From positions 34,455 through 98,454 of the forward strand of contig OY969108.1 in assembly GCA_963697965.1 (NCBI GenBank): a stretch of DNA of 64,000 nucleotides. The letters run 5' to 3'. Of the stretch, positions 42,907 through 52,179 are shown piece by piece; the first letter of the stretch is position 1, and each line of letters begins with the position of its first letter. This stretch comes from an uncultured delta proteobacterium (lineage in GTDB: Bacteria > Desulfobacterota > Desulfobaccia > Desulfobaccales > 0-14-0-80-60-11). The notes below the pieces were generated by a model. That model was given only the letters and a program-made list of their open reading frames with translations. It did no database searches and was not told where the DNA came from. The translations under genes and the position numbers were made by a program.

Positions 42907-44154
42907 ATGAAAAATCTGGTCGTTTTGGGTTATGGCGCCGGCGGCACCATGGTCGCCACCAAGCTTCGGGAAAAGCTGGAAGGGTCCGAATGGAAGATCA
43001 CCGTCATCGATCGGGATTGGCAGCACCACTACCAACCGGGCTGGCTCTTCATCCCCTTCGGCATTTACACCCAGGAAGAGTGCGTCAAGCCCAAACTCGA
43101 TTTTGTCCTCAAGGGCATCGAGTTCGTCCTGGATGAAGTGACCAATATCGACCCGGTCAAGAAGCGGATCAAGACCAAGAAAGGCCATTATGATTACGAC
43201 TGGCTGGTGGTGGCCACCGGCTGCCGCATCATGCCCGGGGAGGTCGAGGGCATGATGGAGGGCTGGCGGGGCGACATTCAAGACTATTATACCCCCGATG
43301 GCGCCGTGGCCCTCCACAAGAAATGGAAGTACTTCAAGAAAGGCAAAATCGTCCTCAATATTGCCGAGATGCCCATCAAATGCCCGGTGGCCCCCCTGGA
43401 GTTCATCTTTATGGCTGACTGGTACTTCACGGTCAACGGGGTGCGGAACGATATCGAACTGGAACTGGTGACCCCGCTCTCCGGCGCCTTCACCAAGCCG
43501 ATGGCGTCCGCGGCGCTGACCAAACTGTGCGAGGAAAAAAATATCAAGATCACCCCCAATTTCGATATCGCCGAAGTCAACGCCGGCGCCAAAATTATCA
43601 CCTCCGCCAAGGGTGATGAGGTCAATTACGATCTGTTGGTGGCCATTCCTCCCAACTTCGGGGCCCAGGTCATCATCGACAGCGAAATTGGCGACCCCAT
43701 GGGCTACATCGACACGGATAACGGCACCTTGAAGGCCAAAAAGTACGAAAATATGTACGTGGTAGGCGACGCCACCAACGTTCCCACTTCCAAGGCGGGG
43801 GCCGTGGCCCACTACGAATCGGACATCATCGTCATGAACCTCATCCGGGAAATCGAGGGCCAGGAGCCTTTGCCGGAGTTCGACGGCCACTCCACCTGCT
43901 TCATCGTCACCGGCTACGAAAAGGCCAGCCTCATCGACTTCAACTATAAGGTCGAACCCCTGCCGGGCAAGTACCCCTTCCCGGGTTTGGGACCCTTCTC
44001 CCTCTTGGGGGAAAGCTACGTCAACTACTGGGGCAAAATGATGTTCAAATGGGTCTATTTCAACATGATGCTCAAGGGCAAGGAACTGCCCCTGGAACCC
44101 CAGATGTTCATGGCCGGCAAAATGCTCAGCCATGTCTACCACGTTTATGGTTAA
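42907..44154 (+). CDS. sqr: Sulfide:quinone oxidoreductase-like flavoprotein (type III-like)
   Basis: GYGAGG, YQPG, IKCPVAPLE, GDA..SKAG and FDGHSTCF motifs. Confidence 0.8.
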   Translation: MKNLVVLGYGAGGTMVATKLREKLEGSEWKITVIDRDWQHHYQPGWLFIPFGIYTQEECVKPKLDFVLKGIEFVLDEVTNIDPVKKRIKTKKGHYDYDWLVVATGCRIMPGEVEGMMEGWRGDIQDYYTPDGAVALHKKWKYFKKGKIVLNIAEMPIKCPVAPLEFIFMADWYFTVNGVRNDIELELVTPLSGAFTKPMASAALTKLCEEKNIKITPNFDIAEVNAGAKIITSAKGDEVNYDLLVAIPPNFGAQVIIDSEIGDPMGYIDTDNGTLKAKKYENMYVVGDATNVPTSKAGAVAHYESDIIVMNLIREIEGQEPLPEFDGHSTCFIVTGYEKASLIDFNYKVEPLPGKYPFPGLGPFSLLGESYVNYWGKMMFKWVYFNMMLKGKELPLEPQMFMAGKMLSHVYHVYG

Positions 44155-44167
44155 GGGGGGCCAGGGC

Positions 44168-44836
44168 ATGACCGATAAAAACCCGAGCCAAGAGCAAATG
44201 CTCCTGGAGCGCCTGGACCGGATGGAGGAGCAGTTGCGGACCCTGGTCAAGGCCCAGCAGGGCCTGGCGGAGTTGAAGAACGATCTCTCCCCCCTGCTGA
44301 ACTCAGCCATCAAACGCGTCATCGACGAGCTGGGGATGGTGGAGGCCGGCTTTGAATTGGAAGACATCTTCGACCTGGTGAAAAGGGGTATGCGCAGCAT
44401 CCGCAACCTCACCCAGGCCTTGGAGACGATGGAGAACCTCTTCGACCTGTGGAACGCCATGGAGCCCATGCTGAAGTCCACGGTGCCCAATCTCATCAAC
44501 TACATGGACAACCTGGAGCAGAAGGGGGTGTTCCGGACCTACTCGGCCATGCTGGAGGTCCGGGCCAAGGTGGCGCAGCACTATCCCCCCGAGGAAATCG
44601 CCGCCATGGGGGATGGCTTCGTCGTACTCCTGAGCCTCCTCAAGAAACTGTCTAAGCCCGAGATGATCGATTTTATCAACAGGCTGATGGAGCTTCCCGT
44701 GGGGCTAAATCTACAGGCCGCCAAACCGGTGGGCGCCATGGGCATGCTCTCTGCCATGGGCAACAAAGAGACCCGGCAGGGCTTGGGGGTGGCCCTGGAA
44801 CTCACCAAGGCCCTGGGCAAGCTCAAGGCCGATTAG
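44168..44836 (+). CDS. DUF1641-like protein
   Basis: Helical protein downstream of sqr; C-terminal KPVGAMGMLSAM..RQGLG..KALGK. Confidence 0.75.
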   Translation: MTDKNPSQEQMLLERLDRMEEQLRTLVKAQQGLAELKNDLSPLLNSAIKRVIDELGMVEAGFELEDIFDLVKRGMRSIRNLTQALETMENLFDLWNAMEPMLKSTVPNLINYMDNLEQKGVFRTYSAMLEVRAKVAQHYPPEEIAAMGDGFVVLLSLLKKLSKPEMIDFINRLMELPVGLNLQAAKPVGAMGMLSAMGNKETRQGLGVALELTKALGKLKAD

Positions 44837-45070
44837 GCCCAGGACTGCGGCGCCCGCGCCTTCCGGCGATATCAACATACTATACCGATGCAGGCAAATC
44901 CTATCTCCCCTGCGAGGGGTCGAAAGTGGTTGAGGGGTGTTTTCAGCGGCCATTTTACCCCCCCCCCTCACCCTGCCCTCTCCCCCCCAAAGGGGGAGAG
45001 GGAAATAACTTGTAAATTCCATTGGATATGTAGGGGCAACCCGTTGGCCAAAACTGCCGCATAATCTCAG

Positions 45071-45655
45071 GTGAACATGGCAGTAGTAAAGAGTGTCATT
45101 GTAGAAAAAAATCAAATTATCAATACATATGCCCAACTGTGGAATGTAGCAAGCTTATTCTTAGAAAAGGCCGAAGAAGATCAAACTGGTTCAACTTGGG
45201 CATCGATGGCCAGCTTAGTTTTTACAGCTTTCTCTTTGGAAGCATATTTTAATCATATCGGAGAAAAAGTTTTTAAATCTTGGAACGCCCTCGAAAACTT
45301 ACCTCCTCTAAATAAACTCGACGTGATATGCGAAAAACTCGAAATTAAATTGGATTACTCACGCAGGCCGTATCAAACAATTAAGGCATTATTCAAATTT
45401 AGAAACGAATTGGCTCATGGTAAAACCGTCAGACTATCTAACAAAGAAATTCTTAATCTAAATGTCGACATAGATAAATATCTTGGTGAACACTTGAAAG
45501 CTTGGTGGCAAAAATACTGTACGCAAGATAGTGCGGTTCGTGCTCGTGAAGATTCAGAAAAAATCATGAGACTTGTTCACGAGAGTGCCAAAATTAAAGA
45601 CGACCCTTTATTCTTTCTTGGAATTGGATCTCACTCAGCTAAAGTGACTGCTTAA
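45071..45655 (+). CDS. HEPN-like domain protein
   Basis: AFSLEAYFN helix and RNELAH (Rx4H) motif; AT-rich. Confidence 0.65.
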   Translation: MNMAVVKSVIVEKNQIINTYAQLWNVASLFLEKAEEDQTGSTWASMASLVFTAFSLEAYFNHIGEKVFKSWNALENLPPLNKLDVICEKLEIKLDYSRRPYQTIKALFKFRNELAHGKTVRLSNKEILNLNVDIDKYLGEHLKAWWQKYCTQDSAVRAREDSEKIMRLVHESAKIKDDPLFFLGIGSHSAKVTA

Positions 45656-45797
45656 GGCAAATCCTCTTTCTCCCTCATTTCCAGGGCTGTGACCCGGCGC
45701 TCCATTCTAATTTTTATGGGCCAAGAACCATTTTTTACTGCGGAGGCCAAGGCTGCGGCAATGTCTGTTAATACTTATTTTTATAAGGGCGTGGCTT

Positions 45798-46470
45798 ATG
45801 TTTTGGGAATCAGTTTCTAAAGGGCTTTATGTTCTAACTTTCTGGCAGGCTTATGTTGCCTTTTTAATTTATTTTTTCCTTAGTGTCACACCCTTAATTA
45901 TATCCTATTCTATTATAAGAAACTTTGAAGCAGCGGGTTGCTTGGGGACATTGTTACAACCTTTTTTTTATGCTTTTGCCACTTGGGTATTTGTTTTAAC
46001 CATGGCACCAATTTTATTAGGCTTATCTGGAAAAGCCGCCTGGTCATTTCCATGGATAATTCTAATTGATAATCCATGGTGGACCATAAAGATTGTAGGA
46101 GTAATTCTTTTGGTGAGTATTGCCATTGCTGCTTTCATCCCTATCATTGGCGTGATGCCATCCGTGCAAACCTTGGTCTCAGGCACTATATCCATTATGT
46201 CAGTGCTTGGCCTAATTGACCAAATAAGACCTGATTTAAATATATCTAATATTTCTTTATTTCCTGGCTATTTGTATATGGTTGGCTTTTTGCTCATATC
46301 TGGAATTACTTTACGAGTTGGACTATTCATTACTACCTGTTCTTGTGTCTTTAATTGGTGATGAGTCCATGGGCATGATTCAGTTTATTGCCTTTTCTCT
46401 TGGGGGGCTATTTGGTTTCATGCCACTTTTCATTTATGCTGCCTGGCTGGGTTGCCAAATAGCACATTAA
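45798..46470 (+). CDS. Multi-pass membrane hypothetical protein, apparent frameshift near 46335
   Basis: Hydrophobic ORF 45798-46361 continues in another frame (VLVSLIGDES..YAAWLG) to 46470. Confidence 0.55.
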
Positions 46471-46706
46471 TCTACCCCATTTTCAAGAATGTGAGTTTGT
46501 TTCGTAATAAAAATAATTACCCAATAATTAGCTAGTGGGCACGCCTAAGTTCCAACAATTCTCCGCTGCCTGCCTCATAGCCTAAACCTTGCCGGACACT
46601 ACTACCCCGCCGTTTTCAAATGGGGTAAAATCGATCATTTTCATGGGATAGTCGATCGCGGCACAGACTAGGGCTAATATCTCATATCTGGAAGAGGAAG
46701 AGCATC

Positions 46707-47501
46707 ATGTTGGATATCAAAGACGCGGTGGCGGTCATTACCGGGGGAGCGGGAGGCATTGGCGCGGAGCTGGCCAGGTACTGGGTGCGGCAGGGAGGCA
46801 AGGTGGTGATCTCGGACGTCAGCGCCGCCGGGTTGAGCCGGGTTGCGGCTGAGATCCAGGCCATGGGCGGCCAGGTGGCCACCCTGGCCGCTGATACCAC
46901 CCGCGAGGAGGATTGCTCCAGGCTGGCGGACCTGGCCATTGAGAAGTTTGGCCACCTCAACCTGGTGGCCCCGGCCGCCGGCATCATCCGGGATGGCCTG
47001 ATGGTAGCCACTGACCGGGAAACTGGCAAGGTCGCCAAGAAAATGTCCCTGGCGGACTTCCAGGCAGTCATCGACATCAACCTCACCGGGGTCTTTCTCA
47101 CGGTCCGGGAGTGTGCGGCGCGCATGATCGACCATGGCTGCCAGGGGCTCATCTGCCTGTTTTCCTCCACCGGTTCCCTGGGCACCGCCGGTCAGATCAA
47201 TTATGCTTCCACCAAGGCGGCCATGAGCGTGATGCCCAAAGTGATCACCGCCGAGTTCTGCCGCCGCGGCCTGGCGGCCCAAATCCGCTGCGTGGCCATT
47301 GCCCCGGGTTATGTGGGCACTCCCATGGTTAAGGGCATGGATCAGAAGGCCCTGGGGAAAATCCTGGAACAGGTCCCCATCGGCCGCCTCGTTGAGCCTT
47401 CAGAAGTCGCCTCACTTATCGGGGAGATTTATCGCAACGAAGCCATCGCCGGGGAGACCTTTTTCATCCACGGCGGCCTGCGCCTTGGATCCAAAGGATA
47501 A
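46707..47501 (+). CDS. SDR oxidoreductase (FabG-like)
   Basis: TGGAGGIG and YASTK motifs. Confidence 0.9.
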   Translation: MLDIKDAVAVITGGAGGIGAELARYWVRQGGKVVISDVSAAGLSRVAAEIQAMGGQVATLAADTTREEDCSRLADLAIEKFGHLNLVAPAAGIIRDGLMVATDRETGKVAKKMSLADFQAVIDINLTGVFLTVRECAARMIDHGCQGLICLFSSTGSLGTAGQINYASTKAAMSVMPKVITAEFCRRGLAAQIRCVAIAPGYVGTPMVKGMDQKALGKILEQVPIGRLVEPSEVASLIGEIYRNEAIAGETFFIHGGLRLGSKG

Positions 47502-47602
47502 AAAGCAGGGGTAAAAGGTTAAAAGGGTAAAAGTTTAAGAACTGTCTTTTGGTTTCCCTTTTACCCTTTTCCCCTTTTACCCTTTTTCCCCCTTTCTGGA
47601 AG

Positions 47603-47630
47603 AAGGGGCGGCCTTCAACAGCCGCCCCTT
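47603..47630. terminator. Hairpin between convergent genes
   Basis: AAGGGGCGGC-N8-GCCGCCCCTT. Confidence 0.55.
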
Positions 47631-47672
47631 AACAAAGAAGGGATCATCCCGGGACGAGGGCCCGGAAGGCGC

Positions 47673-48704
47673 CTAAAAGGAATAGGTGGCGCTGATCATG
47701 GGGGTGTATTTCTTAACCCCGTTTTTACCGGCCAGATCGAGAGAGGAGCCGGCTTCGAAGGACAATTTATCGGTGGCCAGGAATTCGAGCCCCGGCATAA
47801 TCCCTATATAGGTCTCGGGTGTCTGATACCCTTGAGGGGTATAGATGTTATCCCAGGTCCAGTTGCTGTACATTTCCAGCAGGGCGACAAATTTGGCGCT
47901 GATGGGATATTCCGCCGCCAGGTTGAAGGTTATCGATTCCCGGGAAACGACATCATTTGGAGAATTGTTCTGAAAAGCGTTGATCGGGCTGTTGATCCAG
48001 ATGTTGCTATAGAGCAGGAAGGGCTTCACCCATTTAAACATGTTGACGCCGGTAGTGACGGTCAGCGCCCCGGTGCCGATGGCATCCACGCCCAGGAGGT
48101 TGGGGTTGAGGTGGGAGGCATGCCCGAGGGGAATGGTGTCAAACCCCGCCACGACGCTCACCGCCGGCATGATGTCGCCTTCCTCCAGCAGGTTGTATTT
48201 GCCCATCAGGGTCAGGTCGCCGGGACCGGCATAACTGGCTGAGTGGTTGCCGTTGGGCCCGGGAACGGTCACATCATTGCCCCAGTAGGAGATAAAGGGG
48301 GCAATCAGATAGACTTCCACATTCTTGGCGGGGCCATAGGTGACCTTCACCGGCATATAGTAGGTGTAAAAATTACCCCCGATGTTCGACGTCCGCCAGT
48401 TGGAGTTGAAGGTCCCCGGGTAGAAAGACAAGGCCGAGAGGACCGAGACGCTGGCATGGCCGGTGTCGATGGGGATGGTGGTGTCGGTGATCATGGGGCC
48501 GCCGGTGGAGGGAGCCGTCTCTTTTTTCTCCTCGGGTGCGGCGCCCCCTGCGGGGGCTCCCGCCGCGACCTCCGGGGCGGCGGTTTGTGCCAGGGCCGGC
48601 GCCGCCGGAGCCAGCATCAGCACGGTCAGGAAGCAACCCAGAAAGAGCCAGGCCGCAAACATTCTCAGATTTATCCCCTTAACCATAATGTGATACGGAA
48701 TCAT
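47673..48704 (-). CDS. Putative outer-membrane beta-barrel transporter (MetA-pathway/phenol-degradation family-like)
   Basis: Signal peptide, GPGDLTLMGKYNL, PLG..GTG and a C-terminal YSF. Confidence 0.7.
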   Translation of the reverse strand: MIPYHIMVKGINLRMFAAWLFLGCFLTVLMLAPAAPALAQTAAPEVAAGAPAGGAAPEEKKETAPSTGGPMITDTTIPIDTGHASVSVLSALSFYPGTFNSNWRTSNIGGNFYTYYMPVKVTYGPAKNVEVYLIAPFISYWGNDVTVPGPNGNHSASYAGPGDLTLMGKYNLLEEGDIMPAVSVVAGFDTIPLGHASHLNPNLLGVDAIGTGALTVTTGVNMFKWVKPFLLYSNIWINSPINAFQNNSPNDVVSRESITFNLAAEYPISAKFVALLEMYSNWTWDNIYTPQGYQTPETYIGIMPGLEFLATDKLSFEAGSSLDLAGKNGVKKYTPMISATYSF

Positions 48705-48786
48705 CGCAATTTCTCCTCTTTTTAGGACCCAAACTCCCTGGATAGCTCAAGGGAGGCCTCGCTATTCGTCTCCCAACCCCTCAAGT

Positions 48787-48823
48787 CTTCCTGCGCCGGG
48801 GCGCCCGACTCCGGCGCAGGAAG
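48787..48823. terminator. Strong hairpin between kdpC and the barrel gene
   Basis: 13-bp perfect stem CTTCCTGCGCCGG/CCGGCGCAGGAAG; no clear U-tract. Confidence 0.45.
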
Positions 48824-48919
48824 CTAAAGGCTGTCAACTTCCAGGGGATTCGTGAATAAGCAAATCGAGGTTAAGGCCAGGGCGCTTGGGCCTGGGCTAA
48901 CCCTGCCCCCATCCCGGGT

Positions 48920-49945
48920 TCAGGACGGGGGGGCTCCATAGAGCTTATGCAGTTCGAGATTTACTTCCAGCACGTTCACAAACTTCTCGCCCGCCAGCCC
49001 TTCCCAGGGCGCCGCGGCGTTTTTCTGCAGGATCTGTTCGATCTCGTTCCGCACCTCTTCCGGCTTACGTTTCAGGTCGGCGGCCCATTTGGAGGCCACC
49101 CGCTCGAGCTGAAACTCGGCGTTCTGGAGCGTGATATCCGGGTCGAGCCCGGAGGCGGAAGCGGTAACCAAATCTCCGGGGACGTCCTGCAAGTCGACAT
49201 CCGGGTGGTCCTCCCGCCACATCAGGAAGAAAATCGACTGAATATCTGAGCCCTCACCCACCGGTTCCACCACCTTTTCCTCCTGGCCGCCGGCTCCCTT
49301 GCGGGTGACGCTGGAGGGGAATTTTCCGGGGTAGGTCTCGGAGAAGTTCTTGAAGAACACCACCGCCAGGTCTGCCGGTTGGGGCTTCGGGGTGTCAGGG
49401 TTGTCCTTGATAAACTGGGCCACCACCTCGGGATGCGTCTTGGCCCAATTATCTACGTAGGCGGAGTTCATCGGGTCCGCCTTGACCCAGGCCTGGGCCA
49501 GGGAGTTGTGCTGGTCCGCCCATTGGTCCACCAGGTGCGGTTTGCCCGAGTAGTTATCCTGCTGGAACCATTTTTCCACATCCGGGGCCACCGGCTGTCC
49601 GTTCTTGGGGCCGCCGCGATAGGTCGCCAGGGGGCCCAGGGTGCGGGCCACCCGGTCACGCAGCGCATAGTTGGAGGCCGCCAGGCTCGACGAAGACGAG
49701 GCCGAGGCGTCGTAGGAACAAGCCGAGGGGCGGGGCTGAAAGTATTCGTCCTTGGTAAACGGCTGGGCGATGAGCTTCGAGCCCACCGGTTTGCCGTCGG
49801 GACCTGGCACCAGGCTGCCGTTAGCCTGGAAGGGAAAGAAGACCTGTCCCACCACCAATAAGGCCAACGGGTAAACGACGCAGACAATAAGCACCGAGAC
49901 GCACAATAACAGGATGCTCTTGGAAAGTATTTGCCGCATGTTCAT
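48920..49945 (-). CDS. kdpC: K+-transporting ATPase subunit C (long form)
   Basis: YP..QANGS..GSKLIAQ..YFQPRPS; VTASASGLDPDI; VNVLEVNL. Confidence 0.9.
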   Translation of the reverse strand: MNMRQILSKSILLLCVSVLIVCVVYPLALLVVGQVFFPFQANGSLVPGPDGKPVGSKLIAQPFTKDEYFQPRPSACSYDASASSSSSLAASNYALRDRVARTLGPLATYRGGPKNGQPVAPDVEKWFQQDNYSGKPHLVDQWADQHNSLAQAWVKADPMNSAYVDNWAKTHPEVVAQFIKDNPDTPKPQPADLAVVFFKNFSETYPGKFPSSVTRKGAGGQEEKVVEPVGEGSDIQSIFFLMWREDHPDVDLQDVPGDLVTASASGLDPDITLQNAEFQLERVASKWAADLKRKPEEVRNEIEQILQKNAAAPWEGLAGEKFVNVLEVNLELHKLYGAPPS

Positions 49946-49967
49946 ATCTCCCTGGGTAGCTGCAATA

Positions 49968-52124
49968 TCAGCTAACCATATGCAAATTCGCCATGATCAC
50001 ATCGATCAGTTTGATGCCGATGAAGGGCAGGACCACGCCCCCCAATCCCCAAACCAGCAGGTTCCGGCGCAGCAGGGCATCGGCGCCCAAGGCCCGGTAG
50101 CGGACTCCTTTAAGGGCCACCGGGATGAGGCACGGAATGATAATGGCATTGAAGATCACCGCCGACAGGATGGCCGAAACCGGCGAATGCAGGTGCATGA
50201 CGTCGACCACCTTCAGCCAGGGCAAAGTGCCCGCAAATAGCGCCGGGATAATGGCGAAGTATTTCGCCACGTCGTTGGCAATCGAGAAGGTAGTCAATGA
50301 CCCCCGGGTTATTAAGAGCTGCTTGCCGATTTCCACCACTTCGATCAGCTTGGTGGGGTCGCTGTCCAGATCCACCATGTTAGCCGCTTCCTTGGCCGCC
50401 TGGGTGCCGGCGTTCATGGCCAGGCCCACGTCGGCCTGGGCCAGGGCCGGGGCGTCATTGGTGCCGTCTCCCATCATGGCCACCAATTTCCCTTCGGCCT
50501 GGGCCTTCTTAATGTAGGCAAGCTTGGTCTCCGGAGTGGCCTGGGCGAGAAAATCATCGACCCCCGCCTTTTCGGCAATGGTCTTGGCCGTCAAGGGGTT
50601 GTCTCCGGTGATCATCACGGTCCTAAGCCCCATCTTGCGCAGGCGGTCGAAACGCACGGCCATGTGGGGTTTCAAAATGTCCTCCAGCACCACCAGGCCC
50701 ACGATCCGGGAGTCCTCGGCGACCGCCAGAGGGGTCGCCCCCTTGGAGGCGACGTTATCCACGAAGCCGCTGAGCTCATCCGGAATACTGCCCTGTTGGG
50801 CCTGGACGAATTCGATTATGGCATCCGGGGCTCCTTTGCGGATGCGCTTGCCGTCGGGAAGATCGACGCCGCTCATGCGGGTTTGGGCGGTAAACGGCAC
50901 AAACTTCGCATCCGGCGGCACCAGGATTGGGGTTTTGGTTTCCTCTACGAATAACTCCACGATACTCTTGCCTTCGGGGGTCGGGTCCGCCTCGGATGCC
51001 AGGGCGGCCAGCCGCCCTACCTCGGCAACCGAATATTCGCCGACGGGAATGAACTTGGTGGCGTGGCGGTTACCAATGGTGATGGTGCCGGTTTTATCCA
51101 GCATGACCACGTCGATGTCGCCGGCCAACTCCACCGCCTTGCCGCTCTTGGCGATAATGTTGGCCTGCAGGGCGCGATCCATGCCGGCGATGCCGATGGC
51201 GGCCAGCAAGGCGCCGATGGTGGTGGGAATGAGGCAGACCAGCAGCGCAATCAGGGTCGGCACGTCGGTGCCGAGACTGCGCAGGGGTTCTTTGAGGCCC
51301 AGATAGCTCCCCATGTATTGCTCGGCGTTCCAGGCCATGGCCCACAGGGGCATCACCACGATCAGGAAGGCCAGGGTAAAGGCGGAGAGCACCAGGGTCA
51401 GGGCGATCTCATTGGGAGACCGCTGGCGGATGGCGCCCTCCACCAGGGCGATCATCCGGTCCAGGAAGGAATCACCGGCGCCCTGGGTGATCTCCACTAC
51501 TATCCGGTCGGAGAGCACCACGGTGCCCCCGGTCACCCCGGAGCGGTCGGTCCCGGCGGCGCGAATTACCGGCGCCGACTCGCCCGTGATTGCCGATTCA
51601 TCTACGGACGCCATGCCCTCGATGATCTCCCCGTCGCCGGGAATCGTCTGTCCCGCCTCCACCACCACCAGGTCACCCTGTTTTAGGGTCGACGACGAGA
51701 CCTCCTCAATGGCCTTGGCTTTATTGAGACGATAAGCCACGGTATCGTGACGGGCCCGCCGGAGCGAATCGGCCTGGGCCTTGCCCCGGGCCTCGGCCAG
51801 GGCCGTGGCGAAGTTGGCGAACAGCACGGTCAGGAAGAGCCAGACGTCCACCCAGATGAAATAGCTGATGGGCACCTCGCTTACCGATTTGCCCAGCGCC
51901 GCCTGGAGCAGGTACAACAGGGTCAGGAAGGCGCCGACTTCGACCACGAACATCACGGGATTGTTCCACTGGAGGTCGGGCCGCAGCATGACGAAGGCCT
52001 GCTTCAGGGCCGCCAGCGCGGTTTCCTTCTCCAGCAGTCCTTTGGGTTTCACCCGGCGCTGTGGTCCTGGCAGCTTGGCAGCAATTTCGGCTGCGGGTGA
52101 TATATTCTTAGGCTGACTATTCAT
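49968..52124 (-). CDS. kdpB: K+-transporting ATPase subunit B
   Basis: TGES, DKTGT, KGA and [10 protein letters not shown] motifs. Confidence 0.96.
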   Translation of the reverse strand: MNSQPKNISPAAEIAAKLPGPQRRVKPKGLLEKETALAALKQAFVMLRPDLQWNNPVMFVVEVGAFLTLLYLLQAALGKSVSEVPISYFIWVDVWLFLTVLFANFATALAEARGKAQADSLRRARHDTVAYRLNKAKAIEEVSSSTLKQGDLVVVEAGQTIPGDGEIIEGMASVDESAITGESAPVIRAAGTDRSGVTGGTVVLSDRIVVEITQGAGDSFLDRMIALVEGAIRQRSPNEIALTLVLSAFTLAFLIVVMPLWAMAWNAEQYMGSYLGLKEPLRSLGTDVPTLIALLVCLIPTTIGALLAAIGIAGMDRALQANIIAKSGKAVELAGDIDVVMLDKTGTITIGNRHATKFIPVGEYSVAEVGRLAALASEADPTPEGKSIVELFVEETKTPILVPPDAKFVPFTAQTRMSGVDLPDGKRIRKGAPDAIIEFVQAQQGSIPDELSGFVDNVASKGATPLAVAEDSRIVGLVVLEDILKPHMAVRFDRLRKMGLRTVMITGDNPLTAKTIAEKAGVDDFLAQATPETKLAYIKKAQAEGKLVAMMGDGTNDAPALAQADVGLAMNAGTQAAKEAANMVDLDSDPTKLIEVVEIGKQLLITRGSLTTFSIANDVAKYFAIIPALFAGTLPWLKVVDVMHLHSPVSAILSAVIFNAIIIPCLIPVALKGVRYRALGADALLRRNLLVWGLGGVVLPFIGIKLIDVIMANLHMVS

Positions 52125-52179
52125 TTCGATATCTCTCCATTTGAGGTCTCATCAGGTGAGCCTCACGGTTGCTCGAGGT

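Larger units (their letters stand above)
44866..46603 (+). mobile_element. Composite repeat element split by about 1.5 kb of AT-rich cargo
   Basis: The left part (44866-45022) and right part (about 46527-46603, ending TGCCGGACACTACT) are contiguous in the copies at 30569-30832 and 37700-37830. Confidence 0.7.

Noticed and set aside
45655-45800. Integron attC site between the cargo genes
   Set aside because: No recognisable RYYYAAC..GTTRRRY core or paired L boxes, and no intI gene.
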